A DNA stretch of 64,000 nt, taken from the NCBI RefSeq assembly GCF_035594765.1, contig NC_085843.1:145305971-145369970 (forward strand), in the 5' to 3' direction. Position numbers and translations under genes: made by a program. Positions 1-11,310 of this stretch are shown here, one piece after another. The notes under the pieces were generated by a model. The model ran no database searches, was not told where the DNA came from, and was given only the letters and a program-made list of their open reading frames with translations. Source of the DNA: Anolis carolinensis (lineage: Eukaryota). Positions within the stretch are counted from its first letter, which is position 1. The number at the start of each line of letters is the position of its first letter.

Positions 1-637
1 GGAGGCTCTTGAAAGTTGAAAATAAAATAACAATTTATTTTCTTAAAAACAGGTAAATGATTACTTCAGAGAGGTTCATAAGCGTAATCAGTTACAGATG
101 TTCTTCAGCTTAACTTAGTTGTATGTTTCAGATTTACTTCACTCAGTTTCAAACAGTTCCAACCAACCTATCTATCTATTGGTCACAAAACCCTCACCCT
201 ATTTGCTGAGAATAGTTACGAGTTCCCCTGGGTTGTTAATTAACTCTAACCTAAAGTCCTTCTATTAACCAACCCAGTAGTGAGAGACAATCCCTTGAGT
301 TATCTTTCCCCCCAAGAGATCCAAACTGCCTGACTTAGCCTGTCAGTTTCCACAGCTTTCAGTTCTCTCTCACACACACACTCTCCCAACTCCAAAACCA
401 AACTGCTCTCTTCAAACCCCCAAACAGAACTCTCTGGAGCTCTTTTTTTTCCTGCACTCTAAGACTTGGCTCCTCCCATCTGCTCTGGTTGGCCAATCCT
501 AAGAATCTCTCTCTAAGCTCCTCCCCCTTTCTAACCACACTCAAGATGGCTGCCTGGCATTCCTCAACAAAATGAAGTCTGCCTCACTCACTGTTACCAA
601 GGCTTCATTCTCAGCCTAATAGGCAAGGTTCACTACA
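1..637 (-). mobile_element. LTR-like element (probable solo LTR), 3' end runs off the window
   Basis: Minus strand begins TGTAGTGAACC at 637, with an AATAAA on the minus strand near 34-39. TSD cannot be checked. Confidence 0.45.
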
Positions 638-799
638 GATGCTTTGCCTGGCCTTTGTGATTATGCCCATATTTACAAAGCAATCGATCACATAGTGAAG
701 AGGATGAACCACTAAACCATTTGTTAATTACTGAGTCAAGTCATAGGTAAATTCCATGGACATACAAATATATTTCTCCATGCTTCAAAAACAGCCTCA

Positions 800-1770
800 G
801 CTAAGGATAGTGTGTCTCCTTTGAATGAATGCCTGATGGAGGTAATGGACTGAATTAGGAAAAACAAATTTAAACTGAATTGAGACAAAATGGAGGGTGC
901 TTGCCATGAAGGGTCCTAATCTGGGGACAGAGATATGTCAACCAATCCTGGAAGGGGTTACACTCTCCTAGAAAGACTATGTCGCTAGCTTGGAAGTGCT
1001 TCTGGATCCGTTTCTCCAAATGTCATCCTAAGTTTGTGTAATGGTCAGGAGTGCTTACTATCAGCTTCGGCTCATACAACAGCCGTGCCCCTTCCTAGAT
1101 TTGGAGGACCTAAAGATGGTAGTTAACGAGCTGGTAACCTTAAGGTTGGACTTCTGCAATGTGCTTTACATTGGGCTATCTTTGTACCAAGTTCAGAAAT
1201 TCCAGTTGGTTCAAAATATGTCAGCCAGATTGGTTACAAAGCATTCAGGAGTGAACAAATTACACCCATACTAAAGTTCCTTCACTGGCCACCAATATGT
1301 TTCTGGGCACCGCACAAAGTGTTGGTTTTGACCTTTAAACCCCTACATGGTTTGGATGAAGGATTTCTAGAGAATCACCTTCTCTCTTACAATCCACCCT
1401 AAACATTTATGTCCTCTGGGGGCAGCTACGGCAACCTGCCAGAACCCAACTGGTGCCCATCACCTGCAGGACCTTTTCATTGATCACCCTAAGACTGTGG
1501 AACAACCTGCAAGAAGCATTCCACCAGCTAAATGAGCTGTCTGAATTTAAAACACATTTGAAGATTATCTCTTCCGGCAGGCCTAACCAGCCAGTTTTAA
1601 TCATGAATGTTAAACTCATGTCTTATGTTTAATCTTTTTTCTGCATATTTTAATATGTATTTTGTAGAAATATGTTTTAATATGTGTATTTATAGAATAT
1701 TTTAGATTATTATATATTTTAATGGTGTTGTAACCCGTCTTGAGCCACGAGGAGAGGTGAGTAAGAAATA
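800..1770 (+). mobile_element. L2-clade LINE 3' fragment (ORF2 C-terminus + 3' UTR), degraded
   Basis: ORF 1041-1274 (AYYQLRLIQQ..LVTLRLDFCNVLYIGL..KFQLVQNMSARL) is homologous to the L2 copy at 47937. AT-rich 3' UTR; the TTA tail resumes after 2983. Confidence 0.85.
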
Positions 1771-1984
1771 AGGTAAAAAGGTAAAGTTTTTCCCCTGACG
1801 TTAAGTCCAGTCATGTCTGACTCTGAGGGTTGGTGCTCATCTCTATTTCTAAGCTGAAGAGCTGGCGTTGTCCATAGACACCTCCAAGGTCATGTGGCCG
1901 GCATGACTGCATGGAGCGCCATTACCTTCCTGCCAAAGCGGTACCTATTGATCTACTCACATTGGCATGTTTTTGAACTGCTAG

Positions 1985-2852
1985 TGTCAAGACCCAGGCT
2001 ACAGAACACCAATAACCATGCGCAGAGGCCAGATTCTATCTAATATCTTTATTAAAGGAATATATAAAGTCAATAAAAACAAGTGAAGAATATAGTTCAG
2101 AAGTAGACCTTTCAGGAAAGGTCAAATATAGTCCAGGAAAATAATGTCCAATATGTGATATTAGAGTCCAAAGTTATAATCCACTAACCGAAACACACAC
2201 TTTGCCAAGCAATAGTGTGGGGAGATGACAAGGTCTTTTAGTCCATTGAAGCTTGACAACAAGGCTGGAAAACAAACTCGATTCTTGGCTAGAACAAGAC
2301 TTGAAACGGGGCAAACAAGAAGCAAGAACAAGGTCCGCGGTGAGGTCCGCGACAAAACTTGAAACAAGGCAGGCTTGGAACTTGGTCCGGGAAACAAGGA
2401 ACTGGGGTTACGAAGTCCACACACGATCTCACTCCTCAAGCTGACAAGTTGACTCCGCAAGGTTTCCTTTGCGGGGAAACTCCTAAATAGGGTCTCGCTT
2501 CCCGCCAGAAGAACACTTTCCCTGGAGAACGAGAAGTGAAACCCAACTCTGTCTAGATGCATGACTCCTTAGAATTTCCCAAGGGAAGCAGACCTAATCA
2601 GCTAGTTGTTTGGCTGCGATTCTGAGGCTCCGGCGATTAGCCTCCCTGGCTCCTCTATCTCTATTATAATTGTCCTTTCGGGAAAATGGGGGAGAATTCT
2701 GCCCAAGGCTTGTTTGGCTGACTTCTTGAGGGCAAACATCCTCCAGGTGCAGGGGCTCCGATTCTGGCTGAACCGGTGGAAATCCCATGTTTTCCTCCTC
2801 GTCTGCCACAATAGTACTAGGAACGGGACTACAAGGCCCATTAGACATCACA
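1985..2852 (-). mobile_element. Solo LTR, family A (Gypsy-like), 868 bp
   Basis: TG...CA termini; 5-bp TSD GCTAG (1980-1984, 2853-2857); minus-strand AATAAA near 2048-2053; closely similar copy at 34095-34982. Confidence 0.95.
2594..2851 (-). CDS. Putative LTR(U3)-encoded acidic peptide or pol read-through tail with RRSLRIAA motif
   Basis: Frame is open from LTR base 2. Same length (258 nt) and open in the second copy (34724-34981). Motif is shared with other LTR families in the window. Confidence 0.45.
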   Translation of the reverse strand: MMSNGPCSPVPSTIVADEEENMGFPPVQPESEPLHLEDVCPQEVSQTSLGQNSPPFSRKDNYNRDRGAREANRRSLRIAAKQLAD

Positions 2853-5338
2853 GCTAGGTTGGCAGGAGCTGGAGCTAACAGCGGCTGCTCACGCCACTCC
2901 CGGGGATTGAACCTGGGACCTTTTGGTCTCCAGCTCAGTGCTTTTAACGCATTTTGCCACCAGGGCTCCTCGAGTAAGAAATAGTTATTATTATTATACT
3001 TTTTTTCCTCCCCCCTCCTCCCTTTACCTGTATCAAGAATATAGTAATCCTTACAACCTGTCAGCAGGGGAAATGCTTAAGGAATATATAGAAAACTCGA
3101 TTCTAGTTAGATGGCTAAACTCAAGATCTGCATTTAAGCTGTGAGGGGCTAAAATATAAACACTCAATACCTATATCTATTTCCCTTTTCAACAAGTTGT
3201 TGGCAATGCACAGAAAGTTTCTCCATCACTCATAAATGTTCATTCTTATAAAATTATCTTGTTCCCTAGGGGGAGTCATCATGTCACAGGACATTAGGAA
3301 ATAAAATCATAGCTTGACACAGCATATTCGATTGTCTGCCTGACAGTATCAGGTTTTTAAATGTGAATATTAAAAACACATACATGTTTTGAAATAAATA
3401 GCTAAATCCTATAAAATGATCCTATGTCTTTTAACTGAGCAAGAAGATTTCCCTTCCTTCCCCCTTCCTGGGAATGAAAAAGGGTGAGTCTGCTCCCCAA
3501 ACAGCATAACTTGCCATGTGTAGGCACGGCATTTCCCACTTCTAAGAGATGTCACAGTTTCTAATTCTCGGATGTTCACCTAAGTAGAATTTTTGTAGGT
3601 ATCCCCAGTGTGTATATATTAACCCTGCAATTGGTGACAAGATGGCTAAGATAAGGTTGTGCCAACTGATCTGTTTACATGCATACAGATACTTGGGCAT
3701 TGGGAAAGACGTTCAAGCAGGTTTGTTTGGCACATGGATGCATTCATAGGATGTTCATCCACATGGCTCTTCACAAATTCCTAGTATGGTGACCATAGCT
3801 TCACATGGTCCTCAGAGCCAGGATGCTTATCACCCTTGGCAAATTAACAGGGAGATCAATTCCCCAACTTTATCCCAAATATTAGAAACCTATACTGATT
3901 CTAGCTATTAATTCACTGCAAGATTTTTTTTTTTGCAATGTTGAGCTATTAGAATCTACAAGTCCTATATTTATTACTTGATTGGGGAGGAGGGAGGCTG
4001 TGACAATGGAGAAGCAATTGTCTTGGTATTATTGAAAGTGTTTGTGAAAATGACAGGTGTCAGACTGAGGACCTCTTATCTTTAATTACTTTTACTATTA
4101 TCCAGCGTATTGGACTGCTTGTTGCCCAACAAACAATGTTTATGGGACTCTTTGGGTGAAGAAAAGTCTGCAATAGCACTCTTGGGGAAGTAATAAGCCT
4201 TCAAATAGGATGCCTGAACTATAAGTCATATAGTAGCATTGAAGGTACCATATAAAAACTGAATGTGATCAAAAACAACCCATATCATGGTCTTTTACAT
4301 GTAATTTAATCAGTGATTCCATCAGTAACATGTGCCATGTACCTGGAGAAACATCTAACTATTGTTCATGAAATATAGTTCCACAATTTTAAAAATATGC
4401 ATGTATTTCTCCCTCACAGTAAATTCTTATGGAAAACCTTAGTATATCCAATTAAACATATTATTATAAAATCCCGACTGAAGCTCATCCTTCTTTTTAA
4501 AAAGTAATCACCTCCCTTGGAGTAATGTATTATCACCTTGAGCCATTACTTTGATGAAATTAATCAGAGAAGCCACCTGTGTGACAATGGAAATGACACT
4601 CGAGTGATTCATCATTATGGACCATCATTATACTGACAATCTGTTAATAGGTTGATGTAAGAGTGGCAGAATTTCAAAAGAATGAAGCTAAACCATTTTC
4701 TTAAGGTAGAGGAATGAGCAATGGAAAACATTAGTGCATGTCTAGGGAAACTTTAGCCATATAAACATGGCTGGGATTTATTTGCCAACTTCCTTGACTA
4801 TTGGCCATACACACTGATAGGGGTTATAGCCCACACGTTGACATAGTTCATGAACATGGTAGTCTTTACTTAAGTAGCATTTGTCCATACTACTGACATA
4901 TTTTGAACCATGCATTGAAAATGAACTTCCATACTCAACCACATTCTGCTCATCATTATATTTGTCTTGGTCCTTCAGTATTCCAGTGCTCAGAATCTTT
5001 TAAAAGTTGTTCTCAGTAAATATAATTCACAAGGAAGCATTTAGTCAGGGCTCTTTCTTGTCAAAGTCTGAACATTGAACATCAATTGAGACCATGCCAA
5101 TTTAGAGTACACCTTTCTCTCATTGTTGCAGTTTCCAGAAGTTTGTATCTGTTTCTATCTGAAAGAGAGCAAATGTTTGTACCAGACTGCTTTTCCCCCA
5201 TGTCTGGCACTCCATTGTTTTCAACTCCCTAGAATACCTGAGTCATTACCAAAGTGAGACAGGCAGAGGTTACTTTCACACCTGTTCTTTTACACACTGA
5301 GCCTTCTTGCACATGACACATAAGCTCTGCATTTGTTA

Positions 5339-5428
5339 CTCAAGTACCACCTCCCAGCAGTAAAGAACAGGTGGGATCACAAACCTGCAAAAGTATTGGA
5401 AAATGAGCATGCAAAGATATTGTGGGAC
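5339..5428 (+). mobile_element. Isolated ~90-bp internal fragment of R4/Dong LINE
   Basis: Matches ~52886-52975 (LKYHLPAAKNWWDHKPAKVLENEHAKILWD) with about 4 mismatches. Confidence 0.85.
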
Positions 5429-5849
5429 AATTTAAAATGTGATATAGTTAAAACATATAAAAGGTAAAAATTGAAAGGGAATTAAATTAAATTAAAATAG
5501 AATTAAACAAAATCAATTATTAAAACAATTCAATTAAAATACAATTATAAAATAAACAAAAAGCTGTTTAAACCATTCAGCACCCCCACCCCCCATGAAC
5601 CAATCAGCTTCCCAGACTTTGAACATGAAGATTTTAAAGGATTCCATGACTATGTTTTGTGCAATGTTGAGGCATAATGTCTTGCAAAGGCTTCCAGATA
5701 TACGGTTGAGATACTGTTGAGATACTGTCAGGCATGTAGTGACACTCATGTTTAATGTTTATGTATACTCCAGGAGATATGTTTGTTGTCAGTGGAATCA
5801 ATGATGCTGATTTTGAACAGACTGGGTCAAATTTCACACCAAATCCAAA

Positions 5850-7480
5850 GGCTTATTGAGTTGCATCCCCCACAGTGTTTCCAGGGAGTTGGTAGTGCAG
5901 AGACGCCCAGGCATTCACACGGGACACTCCTCGGACCACAGCAGTTGTAAATCACAGTCTTAAACCAGCAGCTGAACCCAACGCCTGTCTCACTCTACAA
6001 AAAACCCAGATAGTGTTGCAGCTCAATCAAAAGGCTTTGGGCTGGAGCCATAAACAAAAAATTGTAAAATCACTGGCTTTCTTGCTCAGAACCCAGCCCA
6101 AACTTATTGACTTAAAAGATCACAATTTCCTTCCAACACAGAATGGTGTAAAATGAATCCTACTTACCTTCCATTCCCTTGAAATGCCAGACCGGCTAGC
6201 TCAAATTAAGGACAACTTACAGAGCAAGCACAGTATAACTATCAGCAGGGCATTTAAGGATTTGACAGTCTATAACCTCTTTTCTCAAAACACATCAGAT
6301 ACACAAGGACAAATAAGAAATCCAACACAGACAACACAAATAACATAGCTCCAAGACAGGAATTGTCAGCTAGCAGTTGTTTCCATTGATCTGGAACTCC
6401 AATCAGACCCTAACACAGATTCTTCCATGACTCCTCCCAAGATGAGCCCTCCCTTCAAGACTATTATAAAAGAAAACAATGATAGAGATCCATCTGTGAT
6501 CCCAATAATGACTCAAGTAACAGAAAAGCAGAACACAGACATTTCTGCAGGTGCTGCTTTAAACTATGGACTCCCCTCAATCACAGATGGAGCTTGCCCT
6601 TATATCGAACATATGTGAGGGCTCACAAACAGTAAATGTGTTTGGCTCTCTATTCGCCAATGATCCACAATTTATTACTCACATGGCACTCACAGCCCCT
6701 TCATGAGAAGGACAAGTTTCTTCCCTAACAGACAAGGATCCAGACCTGATGCAGATGGATTGTGACCAAGCCATAGAGCCCTTGGGTCTATGACAGCTAC
6801 AGAGCCAGCATGGGGCCAGCCTATAAATGTTTATTTGCTCCCAATGAGGAAGAAAGCCCACTAGAGCTCTCTAGTCAGAATTACGCTGCAGACCTCATGA
6901 TACAGAACCCAAACATTTATGTAATCATGAGAGGGGACCTCAACACAAGAATGGGACCTGATGATGCCAACACTCTTTAAATACCACAAAAGCCTTCCTC
7001 CCACCACTGAATATGAGGTCCCACTTCTAACCCGGCATTCCAAAGATATTAAAAAAAAACTTTGCAGGGCTGTGTTTGGCTCAATCAACATCAAGATTGA
7101 ATCTCCATATCCTAAATGGTGCTCTGGAAGGCGATCACCCAGCCAAATTCACATATCTTTCTGGCTCTAAAATGAGCGCCATTGACTACATTGACTCAAG
7201 GGACCTCCTTCCATATATCAAAACCTTGGAAGTTAAGCCCAAGTTTGACAGTGATCATTTTCCTGTCCTGCTGCACCTAAACCCTTTTACTCAAAATAAC
7301 CACATAGTGGAATGCTTCCAATCCTCCAGACTTACCTTAGTTGCAGCAACTTTGTTTAAACGTTGTTATTCAAGTTATTTCTGAATAACTGTTTATTTTA
7401 ATTTCTGGTTGTATGTTGTATGTCTATGTGTTAAATGTTTTGATACGGCTGATGGGCTAATCAATAAAACATGTTGTCGC
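5850..7480 (+). mobile_element. Degenerate APE-endonuclease LINE remnant (clade uncertain)
   Basis: Endonuclease motifs GDLNTRMG (~6933-6960), LNG..GD..FTY.S..S.IDY and SDHFP (ORF 7076-7384); many frameshifts; followed by a short 3' tail with AATAAA. Confidence 0.6.
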
Positions 7481-7499
7481 TTGATGGAACATTTTAAGG

Positions 7500-7628
7500 T
7501 TACTAATTGGAGCCAGCTATAGGGAGCACACAATGCCCCTATTAAAGCAGCTCCATTGGCTGCTGATAAGTTTCCATTACCAATTCAAAGTGTTAGTTAT
7601 CACTTATAAAGCCATAAACAGCTTGGTA
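7500..7628 (+). mobile_element. L2 fragment
   Basis: Similar to the 48240-48365 region (LHWLP..QFKVLV.TYKA). Confidence 0.7.
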
Positions 7629-7956
7629 TGACTGGCAGAGAAGATAACATACCATAGTACTTCAAAGTGTTAGTTTTTTCCCAACCTACTACTTTCAAAA
7701 TATGTCCAACTTGACCCTATATCAACACCATGCCACAATGGCTTCAGCCAGGTGTTCCTGGTTGCCTCTTGGTCCAATTTGGAGCATTTATGAACATTTA
7801 GAGGCTAGTGTAGATTCACTCAGTGCACACACATGTAGAAGAGAGAAGAGGGAGAAAAGAGTTATGTTACTGCATGTGACTGCATTGTTTTGCTGTCTTC
7901 AGTCTCTACTCGCTTTAGGGGCTGCACCTCTATTTCCACATAGGTGTTCAAATGAA

Positions 7957-8416
7957 GGTCCGCATAGTCAAAGCAATGGTATTCCCCATAGTAACCTATG
8001 GATGCGAGAGCTGGACCATAAAGAAGGCTGAGCAAAGGAAGATAGATGCTTTTGAACTCTGGTGCTGGAGGAAAATCCTGAAAGTGCCTTGGACCGCAAG
8101 AAGATCCAACCAGTCCATCCTCCAGGAAATAATGCCCAGCTGCTCACTGGAGGGAAGGATATTAGAGGCAAAGTTGAAGTATTTTGGCCACATCATGAGG
8201 AGACAGGAAAGCTTGGAAAAGATCACGATGCTGGGGAAAATGGAAGGAAAAAGGAAGAGAGGCCGACCAAGGGCAAGATGGATGGACAGTGTCCTTGAAG
8301 TGACTGGCTTGACCTTGAAGGAACTGGGGGCGGTGACGGCCAACAGGGAGCTCTGGCGTGGACTGGTCCATGAGGTCACAAAGAGTCGGAGATGACTAAA
8401 CGACTGAGCAGCAGCA
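7957..8416 (+). mobile_element. Bov-B (RTE clade) LINE, 5'-truncated
   Basis: ORF reads VKAMVFPIVTYGCESWTIKKAE..IDAFELWCWR..KLKYFGH..WRGLVHEVTKSR; (GCA)n tail; 11-bp TSD GTTCAAATGAA at 7946-7956 and 8417-8427. Confidence 0.95.
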
Positions 8417-10296
8417 GTTCAAATGAAAATGAGCATCACACAAGTGTTTGCTATTTACTGAGAACTTGTTTCTTGTTCAGTGGGCTATTTTACATCTTTA
8501 CCATCACTATGACTGCCATCCTTGGTCCATGCAACATGATTAAGAAGGACATTCATTATAATATGCCACCTAATACTTCATAATGCTGACTTTGGTGCAC
8601 TTTTTAGACATAGCCATGCATCATATTCTCTCATGGTGTGAATCTTTTGCTCTCCTGTAGCTTGTGAGACTGCTTTTGGTTTTGTAAATAATGTTTATTG
8701 GACTCTTTGAGTGAAGAAAAGTCTCCAGCAGTTTTCACTAAAAAACAATAAGTCAGAAGTCACACATTACATTTAAAAATAAGTGCTTGGTAAAAGATAA
8801 TTGTTGGGGTGTTCCAAAATCACTGAACTGAACTTTGGCTTTTGGCTAGGACTGTGTGGAAACAGTTTTAGAACTAGGTTACTGAATAGAAAAATTATCT
8901 ACAATTTCAGATGTTTATAACTGTACTTCTCCCTCCCCTTCAACTTACAACATTTTGAACTATAAAAAAACAAAGAAAAATGGAGAAACATGGATATCAG
9001 GAACCCAATGGAATAAAGATGATCACAATAACAGCGATTGCAAATATAATTTAAAATACCCTGGTGTGTTGGAGAGGACAGAGAGGAAAGGTGAAATAAT
9101 GTATAAGATAATGGATGGGGGTAGGAATGTTTTTAGCTCTAATGTTTTATTATGAAATAAAATCAGTTATAGATACTCAGTATCTCTATAGAGCATTTGG
9201 GAGCAGTAAGTGCATTATTTTGTTTCAAAAATGAAAGCAACTACAATAATACAATATAAAACATTGTATATATTATAAGAAATGCAGAAGAATTTATGGC
9301 TGAGTCAAAACTACTTCTTTTTATATGAATAATCAAGGCAATGTCCAAAAAAGTGCCCCTTTGGCAATTGGTTTTTTTTTGTTTTTTAGCAATGATGGCA
9401 AAAATATTTTCATATTACATTCCCTCATTTTTCATTCCCAATTGGCCTCCTTTGCCCTGTTATTATTTAATCAAATCAGATTGGCTACATGATTCAGCGA
9501 TGTCTCCCCATTTACTGCTTGATATCAGATATGCTGGAAGTGGCTTAATACTGATCCAGAAGCAAAAGCCAGAAGGGACAGAAAAACCAACTATTGGGGC
9601 GGAGGGAGCCAAACAGGATGGAAAGAAGGTCTGTAATCTTGCCAACATAGCCAGACCTAACAGCTATTTTGTTGGATACAGTTTTGGTGGTATGTCAATC
9701 AGACTTAATAGATTTAATGGGATTTAAATCATTACTAACATGACTAATGTTGATTAAATGAGTCTACTCCAAGCATGAGAACGACCTAAATCCAATGTCA
9801 TACTAATGGCTTTCATCCCTTACACTCTGCAATCCTCTGGGCCATGCAGAAACAAGCCCCCAAAAGGTTTCTGAGCACACTTTTTATTTATAAATATAAA
9901 TTTAGAAAGACTTTCTGTATATATTTCGGATTTCAATATTAATGTCAAAAATATGTAGCATGATTTTATATAGGATTTGTGCTACATTAGAACAGTAAAT
10001 TCAAATATCACTTAAGGAAAAGAAATATTAAATAACCCCCCACCCCACCCAAAAAATAGTGTAAACAGTAAACTAATCTGGGAACCTACTATTGAAACAC
10101 ATCCAATGAAGTGGTTTAAAATCAGTATTAAAAAGATTAGGACTAAGTACATTCTAGTCTACTTGGAATACATGAAGCTCATATTTATACCTGTCCAGCT
10201 TCAGACATCCCTTTAAGAATGTTTTGAGGGAACACAGACATCATGAAGGACAGAAAATCACCCCTCTTCATTCTGCTGCAGATGGTATATATTCAT

Positions 10297-11310
10297 TAGG
10301 GTTGGGCATGGATCAGTTTGAATGAAAGTTATTTGTAAAATTTGGTGGTTCGATTTGTAAGGTAAAGGTAAAGGTTTTCCCCTCATATTAAGTCTAGTCG
10401 TGTCCGACTCTGGGGGTTGGTGCTCATCTCCATTTCTAAGCCAAAGAGCCAGCATTGTCCGTATGACTGCATGAAGTGCCAATACCTTCTTGCTGGGGCA
10501 ATGCCTATTGATTTACACAAATTTGCATGTTTTCGAACTGCTTGGTTGGCAGAAGCTGGGGCTAACAGTGGGAGCTCATCCTGCTCTCTGAATTTGAACT
10601 GCCAACCTTTCAGTCAGCAAGTTCAGCAGCTGAGTGATTTAACCTGGTGCATCACCAGCTGCTCCTTGATATCCCCAAAAACAGGATTGGGGGGAGGGAC
10701 TGGAAAGCTGGCCGAAACAAATCAAGAAAGCAGGATATTTCAGCTACTGGAAAGGATGTAGGTAAGTTTGCAATATACCTGAGGCAGGGATCTGCCATGG
10801 GGGCTCCTAGAAAAGATGGGATTAACTGAAGTGTCTTTTCTCTCTCCCTGGCAGTGGCATTTCTCCTGGAAAAGTTCCCTAGGTTCCTCCTCCAGAGATG
10901 GCCCTGCTGGGAAATCATTTTCCCAGCAACACTTGCATGGGGCAGGCATTAAAAAGTATCCGAGTTCCTCTCAGAGTGTGATGGAAATTGAAGTTCTTTT
11001 CTCTCTCTGTTTCTCAACCAATAAAAGGCCTGATTGTGTCTATGCTCTGATTGGCTGAGAATGGACACAGCTGGTGACTACAATCCCAAGAACCCTCTCT
11101 TATGCTTTGTCTTATTTGAAAAAATGTAATAGTAAAAACTCAAAATAATTCTAAAACATTGGTAGATTGGTGAATTGTTTTGAAACTTGGCAGGCCTGCA
11201 GTTGTAAATGGGGTCTAAAAGCGAGGTAGGTTTCCTGCAGATAGGCCTTAACATGACGGAGGATTGAGCTTCTAAATTTTCCCATTGTAGCCAATGGGCC
11301 CAATCTTTGC
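10297..11310. mobile_element. Non-autonomous hAT-like element (degraded), hosting a Sauria SINE
   Basis: Starts TAGGGTTGGGC. Internal blocks 10875-10950 and 11160-11210 are inverted homologues of 23052-23130 and 22765-22817. Confidence 0.5.
10359..10665 (-). mobile_element. Sauria SINE
   Basis: AAGGTAAAGGTAAAGGTTTTCCCC tail and a body matching the other copies, with an internal deletion. Confidence 0.9.

Larger units (their letters stand above)
1771..2971 (-). mobile_element. Sauria SINE, interrupted by a solo LTR
   Basis: (ACCTTT)n tail on minus; body matches copies at 29644 and 59438; 12-bp TSD GAGTAAGAAATA at 1759-1770 and 2972-2983. Confidence 0.95.

Noticed and set aside
359-637. Acidic/RRSxR frame in the LTR-like element at 1-637
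   Set aside because: The frame from base 2 stops at codon 7 and has no motif, so it is not part of the pattern.
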